From: Squalus acanthias
Taxonomy: Eukaryota
Direction: 5' to 3'
DNA length: 64,000 nucleotides
Assembly (NCBI GenBank): GCA_030390025.1
Contig: CM059435.1
Location: 81,468,001 to 81,532,000, forward strand
The notes beneath the pieces are model-generated. The model worked only from the letters and a program-made list of their open reading frames with translations. It ran no database searches and was not told the DNA's origin. A program made the translations under genes and the position numbers. Below, piece after piece: positions 50,111 through 61,894 of this stretch (positions within the stretch are counted from its first letter, which is position 1; every line of letters begins with the position of its first letter).

Positions 50111-51129
50111 AAACTGAATAAGGAGAAACTGTTTCCACTGACAGAAGGGTTGATACCAGAGGACACAGATTTAAGGTAATTGACAAAAGAAGCAGAGGTG
50201 ACATGAGGAAAAACATTTTTACACAGCGAGTTGTTATGATCTGGAATGCACTGCCTGAAAGGGTGGTGGATGCAGATTCAATAATAACTTTCAAAAGGAA
50301 ATTGGATAAAAACTTGAAGGGTTAACTATTGCAGGGCTATGGGGGAAAAAGCAGGGGAGTGGGACTAATTGTATAGCTTTTTCAAAGAGCCGGCACAGGC
50401 ACAATGGACCGAATGGCCTCCTTCTGCGCTGTATCATTCTAGGATTTTCTGAATCCTCTTTCCCCAACCATCTTTTGGAACAGTGAATGTATTCATTAAC
50501 GCGGTCATACGAGGGAATCTCTCGTACATGCTAACTCATAGTATCCACTATATCATCTGATCTGTTGAAAGGATCATAGCTGTTTCTAGAAAAAAATTTA
50601 GAAGCAAAAAATATTTTACTTCCAACATGCACGCTGATACTACTGCCACATTTCATTGAGCAGGAGCTTTGGGTAAAACATACCAGGCAAATTCCAGATT
50701 TCCTCTATAGAATGATCAGACACAGTCACAATAATATAATAAGAATTTGAATGTTAGCCAGCATTTTGACCACCCATCTATAAAGATCACCCAGTCAATC
50801 CCAAAGCTGGCTGTTGTGAATGCATTTCACGGCTCCTACTATCAGGAGTTTACAGGAATCATACAAAATGAAGAACATCTTACTTCATGACCTGAGAAGA
50901 AAGGGTCTTGCTTGCAGCCTCCCACTTTCTGTATCCTTTGTAGACTTGTGTACAATACTGTATTTAACTGAGTGGAGGAGGAAAGAGCAAGAGAACACTA
51001 CATTCTGCATCCTTCAGTAAAATAATCTATTTATTGGTATAATATACTTAAATGATACAAAAAAATAGCAATAGCATTTACTGATAGGATGGTTGCATTC
51101 CTTATTTTCTGTCTTTTTGGGGAAGAGAT

Positions 51130-51590
51130 GACTTTCACTGTCTGAATTGAATCTGAATTCATGTCCCAGAGGGGAAGGGAAAGTGATCTAACACACTGTG
51201 ACACTCAGTCGCTCATCAAAGAGCAGAGTCTTAATTTAATCTTTCTGGGATCGGTTTGAACCCGTACCCCAAAGGTGAAACAGCAGTGTTCGAACAGACT
51301 GTGACACCCAGTCCTTCAGCAATAAACCAGAGAGCTTCATTTCATCTGTCTGGGTCAGATTTAACCCATGCCCCAAAGGGCAAAGGAAAATGTTTGAATA
51401 TTCTGTGACACCCAGTCACCATTAAAGTGCGGAGATATTTGTTTCATTTATCTGGGCTGAATTTGAACACATGTCGGGTGGGGGAGAAAGACTGCGAAAA
51501 CAGGGTCAGCCAATTAACATCACAGAGCAGAACTTTCATCTGGGCTGGAAACAAACCTATATTCTAGAAATGAAAAGGCAATAATTAATA
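51130..51590 (-). repeat. Degenerate tandem array (~104-bp period, ~5 units) of tRNA-like SINE heads
   Basis: ctgtgacac at 51196, 51299 and 51403; minus-strand unit ggactgggtgtcacag...tttcacc...gggttcaaa..cccaga. Confidence 0.65.
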
Positions 51591-52712
51591 TTCTGACTTC
51601 ATGGTCCATTATGGTATTAACTCATATGCAGAACACAGCTGGATTTCCAAGGTGTGCTGCAGGTGGGCAAGGCCCCCTGACAGAAGCACAGTCAGTGCAC
51701 CACCAGTTCCTTATCTTGTTTTGTTTTTAAATCTGTCTTTCTCCTCTCAACTACCAAATATAATTTCCTTTTTTTTGTTCGGTCCATCCTTCTTTTAATT
51801 GTGGTATATTTTCAGGATAGTTTTGGTTGAAAGCTTATATCTTAAAGTGGCTGAAGAAATACAATTTTTTATTTTTACTAGAGTAATTATAACAGGAGAA
51901 TAACAGCTTTGAGGAAAACCTTTTTTTTAAATGGTAAATTTCAATAGTTTGTCCGCGAGCACAATCCTTTAACCAATTTCTGAACAAAATGGTAGTCTGC
52001 TGTGGACAAATCCTACGGACAACATTGTACCCAGGGCAAACATTGTTTCTCCTTCTTTCACCTGTATCAGCACTGAATTATGTGAACTGTTCCCTCTGAC
52101 CGAGAAGTTGTTTTATGATTGATAGTTACAGCATAAAATCAGGATGACTGCACAGTAAACAGCACATTTAATCAGCTCTATAGTCATTTGTTTTATTGAC
52201 AACTGGCATGCAACAGCAAACACCTGGTGTCAGAAGCGAACATAAAAGACTTGGGTTTTACCAGAATGGTTACGAAGGAGATACAGATGAAAAGAAAGAA
52301 CATTTGATCTCAGAAAAAAAACACCTTCCTTTTGCCCTTGTGCTTTTCAGCTATTAAACACTGTATTTCATGTGCATGGAATTACTTCAATGCTAATGCT
52401 GCATTGTGCTTTTTGACTATAACTTGCTCTACACTATCAGCCAATTAGACCACGTTAAATACTAGGGACCATGAATACAGCCATCCCACTGGCCACTGAG
52501 TTTTCAAACTATGTCCTTCCCAGCAAAACATATTAGTGGCAAGTAATCTAGCATGTTATTGGAAAAGGTTTGTAACAATATGGGATGACTGGGAGCATCA
52601 TATTTCAGTAAACAGCCAAAGGATGTCGGAACTGCTACACAGTTTACCTGCACTGGGAGAGACGCACTGAAAATACTTGAATGGTCTCCAGCTTGAGGCA
52701 GGAAAAGAGATT

Positions 52713-53456
52713 GGGCCAAAAATTGATGCCGCTACGCGAGAGTACGCACTGTGTACTCTCGCGTATTCTCTCTCCAATTGCCGGTTTTCTGCATGCACTG
52801 CGCATGCGCTGAAAACCGGCACTTGGTTTTTGGAAAAGGGGGCGGTTCCTCGGTGCAACGCGTGCACGCTACAGGCTGCGCGCACGCTGTGCACTTCGTG
52901 CTTTGGACGCGCAGGTAAGGACGGAAGATTTTAGAAATGAAAAAAGGAGGAGTAAGACCCACTTTTAACAAGGTAAGTAGTGAATTAAGTATTATTTTGA
53001 ATTTTTTTTAACAGGTATATCTTTTTTAGAGACTTTAAAGACAGGTAAGTTTATTTTTATAACTTTTTAAAAGATTTTAAATTTTTTCAAAAATTTTATT
53101 TTTTATTTAAAATGGTTAATTTATTTAACTATACTTATTTTATTAATGTGATGGTTTTTAAAAAAAATTTAATTGAGGTTTAGCTGTTATTTTGGGGGTG
53201 TGTAAGATTCATAGCTTTCACAGCACGTATGTGAAACTTATGAATGGAAGATGGTGTGCTGCCATTGGCTCTAACTGAGTCACGTGATCCCACAGCTCGC
53301 ACGAATTCACTACGCCGGTGGGATACGCAAGCACTGCCCAGCTGATGTCTAGAACATCAAGTTCGTGCGAGCTGGATCTGAAAAAGCCAACGCGGAGTGA
53401 GAGATCGCGCCTGCTCCTTACCCCCGCGGGAACAGAGCGAGATCAATTTCTGGGCC
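52713..53456. mobile_element. Harbinger-like MITE with CpG-rich arms and AT-rich core
   Basis: 15-bp TIRs gggccaaaaattgat / atcaatttctgggcc (13/15); imperfect 3-bp flanks att/aat. Confidence 0.78.
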
Positions 53457-53609
53457 AATTTTTCCTGAGATGTGATGATTATGTGTTAGGGAACCTAATG
53501 AAATTGATGAATGCATCATTTCCAACAACTGCACCTGATGAAGTAATAGTCATATGTAGCAAGCCTCTGTATCTTAGCTAGAAAATAGAGCTGCAGCTCT
53601 TTGCTGAAA

Positions 53610-53740
53610 TTGTCCTTCTGACTCAATTGGTAGCACCCTCTGAGTCAGAAGGTCAAGGGTTGAAACTCCATTCCAGGACTTTAGCACATAATTTAGCTGG
53701 CACATCAGTGTACTATTGAGGGAATATTGCAACTGAACAG
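53610..53740 (+). mobile_element. Deu-SINE 5' fragment
   Basis: ggtagcaccctctgagtcagaagg...ccaggactttagcacataat. Confidence 0.7.
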
Positions 53741-53879
53741 AGATGAATTGTGTTCAAATTGAAAAAGAACTTTCGGCCATTGATTTGGGGTTGGAGAAAT
53801 GTGAGCAGTAAACAAGTGGAAAGAAAATGACTGTAAAAAGTGACCACTAACAGCTTGAAGCCATTTTTGAAAAGAGTTC

Positions 53880-55750
53880 ATTAGTGCCAACATCTGGCTC
53901 GAAAGATTGATGTTCTATCTGCAAAACTAAGAATCTATGCCCCAAAATTCCTTGGGATTCCACTGATCTCCCACTGTAACTCTGGCAAATATCACCCACA
54001 AGGTGGAGGCAGGCACTGGGAGTTCCAACTCATTAGGCTGGATTGGAACCCAGTACGCCGTATCAGTTGAGGCTTGCCGGCCTCCACAATGCCCCACAGG
54101 TGGGACCAGGAAAGTGGAAAGAGGGACAGATCAGCACTCTTACCTAGGGGTCAAGAGGACTATGGCCAGGGTCGAAGTGGGGTAGCTTGGGCAACCACAT
54201 GAGCTGTGCCAGAGTGTCTGACAGCCATGGGCAGGTGGATGCTGGAGATGTGCTGGATGTGGCGCTTGTGCCTGCCTTTCTGATGGTTATTAGTTTCCCC
54301 TTCTCCCCAACTGACCCCATATACTCCCATCGGGGTAAGCGCTAGAAGGTGGTGTGATCCTGGTATGTCTGTTGGAACTCGACCCATGGATTTTCGACCT
54401 CCTGATGTTTACAAGAGAGGCAAAGCGATATTCCTTACTGAGAAGTTGAGCAGAGTGCACCTACCTCACATCCAAAAAGGCCAAAAGTAAGAAAGTTTTG
54501 CTCATTGACACAAGATTTGAAACAATTTTTTTAAAAAAAGATTGATGTGCTGTAATACTTACTGCTATCCGAGGATGGAGTAAACAAAATTCCCCAGCTT
54601 GCTGGAGTAGATGAAGGCCTGACGTTATTGAGAATAACAATAAGGAAAGGATGGCCTGATTCAAGTGAAGCAGGTCACCCCATATTGTGGTGTAATTCAA
54701 CATTAGAGATGAACTGAGCATACAGCGCAGACTGATATTCAAGGGTGTTCAATTTGTTACATGGAAGAATATGAGAGAAGAAAGGTGCAGCATTCACTCA
54801 AGCCACAAAGGAATCCAAGGTTGTCTTTGGAAAACCAGAGAGATGATTCACTGATGAACAAGAACATTGCGATGCACACATCTAGATTTGATATAAGCAA
54901 GCAGATTCAAGCCAAGCAGCAAAAGATGCCCTTTTATAAGTCATCAAATGCCAGAAAAGGCCTGTGATTTGTTCAAAGCATATGGAAAAAATTATCTCCA
55001 TCTTCTATTCGCCTAATTTCTTTGCGATTAACCAACTGATTTTATTTTTAAATGGGAAAGAAGTCCTAGCCAAGATGAAAGCTCATCCTCATGCCTGGCA
55101 TCCAGATGATGTTATATCAGACAGTGGGCCACCATTCAACTCCAGGAAATTCCAAGAGTTGGCATAACAATATGAGTGCAGTCATGTCACCAACTCGCTA
55201 AAATTCCAACAGTTAAAGGCAAGGCAGAGAACTCTTAAAATTACAAAGGCAGTCCTGAAAAAAGCACACGACCCTTCTCAACTGGTACATTACATTGGGT
55301 GAGATATTGAAGAGCTCACCAGCTAAAAGACTGTTTGGCAGACAAACCAAGACGTACCGTTAGCTGACTTCTGAACTTGATCATAATAAAGGATGCAAAA
55401 GAGAAGCTTTAACTGAAAACAAGCCTGACTCTAAATATTGGTACCAAAGAACGTGATAAACTTAGAAAATGAGAAATTGTCAGAGTTCATCCAGTAGGGA
55501 AAAGGAATGGATGCTGGCAAAAATACAACAGCAAATGGATTTCGTCCTTGCAAATAGAAACCGAAGATTCAAAGATCATGTGATTCACCTGCAAAGCACA
55601 GTAGAGCCGCCATTTGTAGAGAGAACTGAGAATGGGGTTATATACCCTGTAATACAAGTGATGCCATCCAGGCAGTCCACAGTCAAGAAACCACACAACA
55701 GAGTAGCAAAAAACCATGGCCAGTCATCAGCAGAACAGTGAACCAGAACT
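53880..55750 (+). mobile_element. Heavily decayed Gypsy-type pol (RNase H/integrase) remnant
   Basis: FNIRDELSIQRRLIFKG (~54695-54750) and HPDDVISDSGPPFNSRKFQELA (55098-55164; ~GIP..VSDNGPQF.S.EF); interrupted at ~54.0-54.4 kb. Confidence 0.72.
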
Positions 55751-56139
55751 AAAGGCAGCCAAACAACAGCAGTCCCAGATAGAAACCGCTTCCAACACCA
55801 AAAAGAATAAGCCCTGTATCCTAGCAACAAAGAATAACAAGAGTAGTGAGAAAACCACATAAGTGATTTTATTTACCAGTGACTTTGTAGCTATTTGAAC
55901 GGTTCCCATTGGAACTATGGGACTGTTCAGACTTAATCATTTTGTTTTTGATGTAAAGGTTTAGTTTTCTTCCGAGGAGGCAGATGTATCGCTATGGAAT
56001 TGAAGCCTTGTATCGATATGAATCATAAGATGAGCCCGAACTGTTCCCTTTGATCCACAAGTCGTTTTATGATTGCCAGCTGCAGTGCAGAATCAAGATG
56101 GCTACACAGAAAAGAGCATATTTCACGAGCTCTGAACGC

Positions 56140-56560
56140 TTTGAATCACAGAATTTTACAGCACAGGAGGCTCTCAAAGAGCTATCCGCTTAATCCTATT
56201 CCCCTGCCTTTCACCCAAACCTTTTATTTTTCTCTTTCAAATATTTATCTACTTCCCTTTTAAAAGCTATTATAGACACTGCTGCCACCACTATGTCTCA
56301 TGTGGCATTCCATGTCCTAACAACTCTGCGTAAAATAAAACTAACCTCTCCCTTCATTCCTCTGGTGATGATTTTAAATTTATGTCCTCTAGTTACTGAT
56401 TCACCGAGCAGTGGAAATAGTTTTTCCCTGTTTACTTCATGCGAACCCCTCAAATTCTGAACAACTCGATTTTATCCTATTAACCTTCCCTTTTCTAATG
56501 AGAAGAGCCTCTGTTTCTCATGTCGCTGCTCTAACTAAAGCCTCTCATCCCTGGGATCAT
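56140..56560 (-). mobile_element. Old CR1 3' end
   Basis: Antisense tail cacagaattttacagcacaggaggc and collinearity with 32580-33000. Confidence 0.75.
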
Positions 56561-58463
56561 CAGTTGTTCATTACTAAGTGTCCTGCAATAACAAATGTTA
56601 CAAACTGCATTCAGAGTGTGTAGTGGCATTATGGGGCAGAAGATGTACTTTGTGCACTTGCCCACAAATGAGCTGGCCTTGCCCATAATATGATGTCAGC
56701 TCATTATAATATTAAAATCCCCCCTCCCCCAGTGCCGTGCTCAGTATGTGTTGGGAGAGTCCATGGTGTTTCCAGCACCAGAAGCTTTGTATATAACTTT
56801 TCTATGGCGGTGGGGCAGGGGTGGTGGGCAAAGAAAGGAAGGATGATGGCAGCAGCAGCACCTTGGATTTGAGACCAACATTCACAAAAGGAGGAGGTGG
56901 GCTGGGTAACCTTAATGGAAAGTGCGGCCCATTTGGGAGGAAACCCTTTTGTTTTACATAGGGCCTCCATTTCAGCGCCCATTCCAAATGAGTGCTGTGC
57001 ATCTGGAATGATACTCGGGCTTCCAGTTGCTTTATGTAGAAGTCCCCTCACATCCATAAAATTTGAGGCTTGAATTGGCCTTGGACATAGTTTGTGCACT
57101 GGCTCCCAGCACACTACATGCCAGCTGCTTGTGTATGGGCATTCTAAGAACCTGAGGCACGTTGAAGGCCGTGTGCCTGATAATACAGGGTGCCCAGCAT
57201 GGCATTATCAAACCGTAGGACTATACATAGGGAGTCTAGATTTGCAACACAACTTCCACTGGAGTTCAGCGCATTCACTAATCACAAATCAATACAAGTG
57301 AAAGCAGGAAGCAGCAGCCAAGCGCTTCTCCATGGTAAAACTGGAGATGAGCGAGCCAGGGCCACAAACGCACCTCCTGACATCGGACTTAACAACAGCA
57401 TTGGCAGAGGACTTGAAGCAAACATGCCTGCATTCTTGGCCACAAAATGATACTTGTTGCAGGAAAACTAATTGCCAAGTAAAACCTGTAAAGGAAAATA
57501 GCACAATAAATTCAATTTAATGATTTTGGCTGGTATGAGAATTTGAATTTTTATATCTTACGAAGAAAGGCTCATAGGACCTATAGTATAGTCTATGCCA
57601 CTATAATTTGGAAACAAATCCCATTATGTAAAAATGTTAATGCATCACTTTCTGTATTAAGTATTTCACATCCCATGTACTTTATTCAAACATGTTCCCT
57701 TACTCTATGATGGGATAAATTACAGATATTATTCTCCCTTCTTTAGACTCTGTAGACATGCAGCTGGTCGACAGTCGCTCATCTAATGTAGATGGAGGCT
57801 CTGTCCTAGGATAGTTATCATTGGATTGTGAATTGTATCTTTCCTAGTCCAAGATAGTGATCCTGGAGCTCCAAAATCATAGAATCATAGAAAGTTACAG
57901 CACGGAAGGAGGCCATTTCGGCCCATCGTGTCCGCGCCGGCCAACAAAGAGCTATCCAGCCTAATCCCACTTCCCAGCTCTTGGTCCGTAGCCCTGCAGG
58001 TTACAGCATCCCAAGTGCACATCCAAGTACTTTTTAAATGTGGTTAGGGTTACTGCCTCTACCACCCTTTCAGGCAGTGAGTTCCAGACCCCCACAACCC
58101 TCTGGGTGAAGAAATTTCCCCTCAAATCCCCTCTAAACCTTCCACCAATTACTTTAAATCTGTGCCCCCTGGTTTTTGACCCCTCTGCTAAGGGAAATAG
58201 GTCCTTTCTATCTACTTTATCGAGGCCCCTCATAATTTTATACACCTCAATAAGGTCTCCCCTCAGCCTCCTCTGTTCCTAGGAAAACAAACCCAGCCTA
58301 TCCAGTCTTTCCTCATAGCTAAAATTCTTTATTCCTGGCAACATCCTTGTAAATCTCCTCTGTACCCTCGCTAGTGCAATCACATCTTTCCTGTAATGTG
58401 GTGACCAGAACTGCATGCAGTACTCTAGCTGAGGCCTAACTAGTTGAAGCATAACCCCCCTGC

Positions 58464-58621
58464 AATTGTAAGATACACATGCTTTGTTCTCTATCTATAT
58501 ATGCTTTGGCGATTCTGTATCTAATTTACTTCACCTGAGGAAGGAGCAATCGATAGCTCCGAAAGCTTGTGATTTCAAATAAAACTGTTGGACTATAACC
58601 TGGTGTTGTGCGACCTCTCAA
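58464..58621 (+). mobile_element. Penelope-like family B short insertion
   Basis: Interrupts CR1 between ataacccccctgc and tcttgtattc; 3' ~85 bp shared with 59540-59623; carries hammerhead motif and AATAAA. Confidence 0.75.
58531..58572 (+). ncRNA. Minimal type I hammerhead ribozyme motif (family B, copy 1)
   Basis: TCAC-CTGAGGA-A-GGAGC aatcgata GCTCC-GAAA-GCTT-GTGA: stem I TCAC/GTGA, 5-bp stem II, palindromic stem III AAGCTT. Confidence 0.72.
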
Positions 58622-59478
58622 TCTTGTATTCTGTGCCATGGCTAATAAAGGCAAGCATTCTGTATGCCTTCTTAACCACCTTATCTACCTGGCCTGCTAC
58701 CTTCAGGGATCTGTGGACATGCACTCCAACGTCCCTTTGTTCCGCTACACTACTCAGTGTTCTACCATTTAATGTGTATTCCCTTTCCTTGTTAGCCCTC
58801 CCCAAATGCATTACCTCACACTTAAAATGATTTAAAATTTAGTAGCAGCCAACACCACTCTGTATCTGAGACCCAGTGACCAGACCACAGCAAGTTGTCA
58901 GTAACTGAATTACCAATGCTGTTCTAGAGCTGAACTGCCCAGCAGTGATTGATTATGGCTTGTGATGATTTCCTCACCCTAATTTTCCTTCCTTTCCTAT
59001 TTAATTTTTGTTCTAAATATCCCTTCTCCAGACCACCCAACCTGGAGCTGGGTGCTCATTCAGAGATTAATTGATTTGAGCACTCATCCTTGCTACCATT
59101 TCATAAATGCTGATACATCAACAGATGACGCTGCCTGGCTTCCATTCCAAATTTTTGGGTTTACTCATATAATTATGAAGATTGCAAGATTCTAGCCAGT
59201 CAATTTACTGGAGAAGCATTTGAATCAAATCACTTCATGATATTAAAACCTACCTCTAGTCCAGATTTTTGAGTCTAATTAGCAGTTAGCAAAGTTCTGT
59301 CAGTCAATCTAGTTAAGAAGCATCTGAAGTGTTGTTTGAGGTATTGTAGAGCCACAGTAAATTGATTCTGCCAAAACTGGGATTTCCTCTGTTGCCTCAG
59401 TGTAGTGAACTTGTAAAGATGTTCTTTGGCAAAACGCTTTTGCTACATCTAGTGCACAGAGGAAATCACAGAGGAAAT

Positions 59479-61220
59479 TGGAAGGAGGAGAGCATGCCAT
59501 GGGATCTCAGAGACGCCGTAATCATGACCATCTTCAAGATGTACCTGAAGAAGGAGTGGAGCTCTGAAAGCTCGTAATTTTAAATAAAACTGTTGGACTA
59601 TAACCTGGTGTTGTGCGACTTCTCATCTTCAAGAAAGGTGACAAGTCCGATTGCGGTAATTACAGAGGAGTCTCCCTGCTGTCTGCCACAGGGAAAGTCA
59701 TCGCAAGAATCCTCCTTAATCGCCTTCTCCCAGTGGCTGAAGAGCTCCTCCCAGAGTCGCAATGTGGATTCTGCCCACTAAGGGGCACAATGGACATGAT
59801 CTTCACCATGCGTCAACTACAAGAGAAATGCAGAGAACAGCACCAACCGCTGTACATGGCCTCCTTTGACCTCACAAAGGCCTTCGACACCACCAACCAT
59901 GAGAGATTATGGAATGTCCTCCTCAAATTCGGCTGCCCTCAAAAGTTTGTCACCATCCTCCGCCTGCTTCACGACGACTTGCAAGCCGTGATCCTGACCA
60001 ACGGATCCACCACAGACCCAATTCATGTACGGACCGGGGTCAAACAAGGCTGTGTCATCGCACCAACGCTCTTCTCGATCTTCCTGGCTGCAATGCTCCA
60101 TCTCACCCTCAGTAAGCTCCCCGCTGGAGTGGAGCTAATCTACAGAACAAACGGGAAACTGTTCAACCTCCGTCGCCTCCAGTCCAGATCCAAGGTCATC
60201 CCATCCTCTGTCATCGAATTACAGTATGCAGACGACGCTTGTGTCTGCGCACACTCTGAGGCCGAACTCCAAACCATCGTCAACACCTTCACCGAAGCGT
60301 ACGAGAGCATAGGCCTTACACTAAACATCCGTAAAACAAAGTTCCTCTACCAACCTGCCCCCGCCACACAGTACTGCTCCCCAATTATCAAAATCCATGA
60401 CGAGGCCTTGGACAACGTGGACCACTTTCCATACCTCGGGAGCCTACTGTCAACAAGGGCAGACGTTGATGACGAAGTCCAACACCACCTTCAGTGTGCC
60501 AGTGCAACCTTCGGTTGCCTGAGGTAGAGAGTGTTTGAAGACCAGGACCTCAAACCCAGCACCAAGCTCATGGTCTACAGAGCAGTAGTAATACCCGCCC
60601 TCCTGTATGCTTCAGATACATGGACCATGTACAGCAGGCACCTCAAAGCACTGGAGAGGTACCACCAACGCTGCCTCCGCAAGATCCTGCAAATCCATTG
60701 GCAGGATAGGCACACCAACGTCAGTGTTCTCACTCAGGCCAACATCCCCAGCATCGAAGCTTTGACCACGCTTGATCAGCTCCGATGGATGGGTCACATC
60801 GTCTGCATGCCCGATACGAGACTCCCAAAACAAGCGCTCTACTCGGAGCTCCAACACGGCAAGAGAGCCCCAGGTGGGCAGAGGAAACGCTTCAAGGACA
60901 CCCTCAAAGCCTCCTTGAAAAAGTGCAACATCCCCACCGACACCTGGGAATCCCTGGCCCAAGACCGCACAAAGTGGAGGAGAAGCATCCGGGAAGGCAT
61001 CGAACACCTCGAGTCTCTTCGCCGGGAGCAAGCGGAAGCCAAGCGCAAACAGCGGAAGGAGCGCACGTCAACCCAAGCACCCCACCCGCCCCTTCAACCA
61101 CCGTCTGCCCCACCTGTGACAGAGACTGTAGGTCCTGCATTGGACTCATCAGTCACCTGAGAACTCATTTTTAGTGTGGAAGCAAGTCATCCTCGGTTCC
61201 GAGGGACTGTCGAAGAAGAA
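59479..61220 (+). mobile_element. Young 5'-truncated RTE-clade LINE
   Basis: KKGDKSDCGNYRGVSLL, PESQCGF, GVKQGCVIAPTLF, LQYADD, C-terminal CPTC...HLRTH; one stop (60525-60527) and one late frameshift; (GAA)n tail; 14-bp TSD gcacagaggaaatc (59454-59467, 61221-61234). Confidence 0.96.
59540..59623 (+). mobile_element. 84-bp Penelope-like family B mini-insertion with hammerhead motif (copy 2)
   Basis: Perfect 11-bp TSD catcttcaaga (59529-59539, 59624-59634); TAC-CTGAAGA-A-GGAGT gga GCTCT-GAAA-GCTC-GTA; removal restores the RTE frame VIMTIFKKGDK. Confidence 0.88.
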
Positions 61221-61894
61221 GCACAGAGGAAATCTCCTCCATCGTATCTCATGGAAAGGTCAGATGCAGCAGATGCTTCCCCACAACGAGGGACGGGGGT
61301 AAAGAGCCTATAGGCTGGGTATCTCCCGATAGCTCACTCCAGAATGTCCTTTGTTGGCACTTAACTTTCTGTCACTTACCTACTTTATTGATCAGAGAAT
61401 GGTTTGAAGGACCAAAAAGGAAGACAAAAAATCTTTATGATTTTTCCAGATTAAAGTAATTGGTTTACTGTATAAACTTTTCTGCCCCAGCACTGCTGTG
61501 AAAGAATAGTCTGTTGAGACACAGGTATTATCCATTTATGAGTTGATTCATAAAGCAGTAACTGATTTGCGATGTTTGTTTTCCAGCCTTCATTTGAACC
61601 TTATCTGGATCCCAGTCACCCATTCTTCTCCCCCACCGAGCCCCAATCATCCTCTCCTCCAGTTCCTATCTCACCCTCCCCCCCACCCCAGACGCCTGGC
61701 TGTTTCCCCACCAGCCGGTCTCGTTTACAGTCACCCCCTAAGCGGGGACCGGCTCTCTGCGGTGGTGGGGGGTGGGGGGGTGACGTCACCGAACCGGAGG
61801 CTTCCCTGCGGTGGCAGACAGTGAATTAACAAAGTGGAGGATTCATGCCCCATCCCAGGGTACTCCTGGACAATCTAGGGGTGGGGGGAACGGT

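Larger units (their letters stand above)
44694..50442 (+). mobile_element. Near-complete but inactivated CR1 ORF2 (APE endonuclease + RT), split by three insertions
   Basis: CINAQSVINK...DIVAITDTWL, IMGDFNYPNIDW, LGNSDHNII, KSPGSDGLHPR, HGFVKGKSCLTNL, FADDTKL, and 3' end 50110-50442. Confidence 0.93.
57877..58823 (-). mobile_element. CR1 LINE 3' portion, interrupted by a Penelope-like insertion
   Basis: ORFs 57961-58245 and 58593-58811; tail aatcatagaatcatagaa. Confidence 0.95.

Noticed and set aside
56660-57480. Possible decayed minus-strand LINE C-terminus (CEC motif)
   Set aside because: Too degenerate to assign a family or boundaries by eye.
61575-61890. GC-rich patch with a TGACGTCA (CRE) site
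   Set aside because: Short, embedded among repeats, no exon or promoter context; probably an unrecognised repeat fragment.
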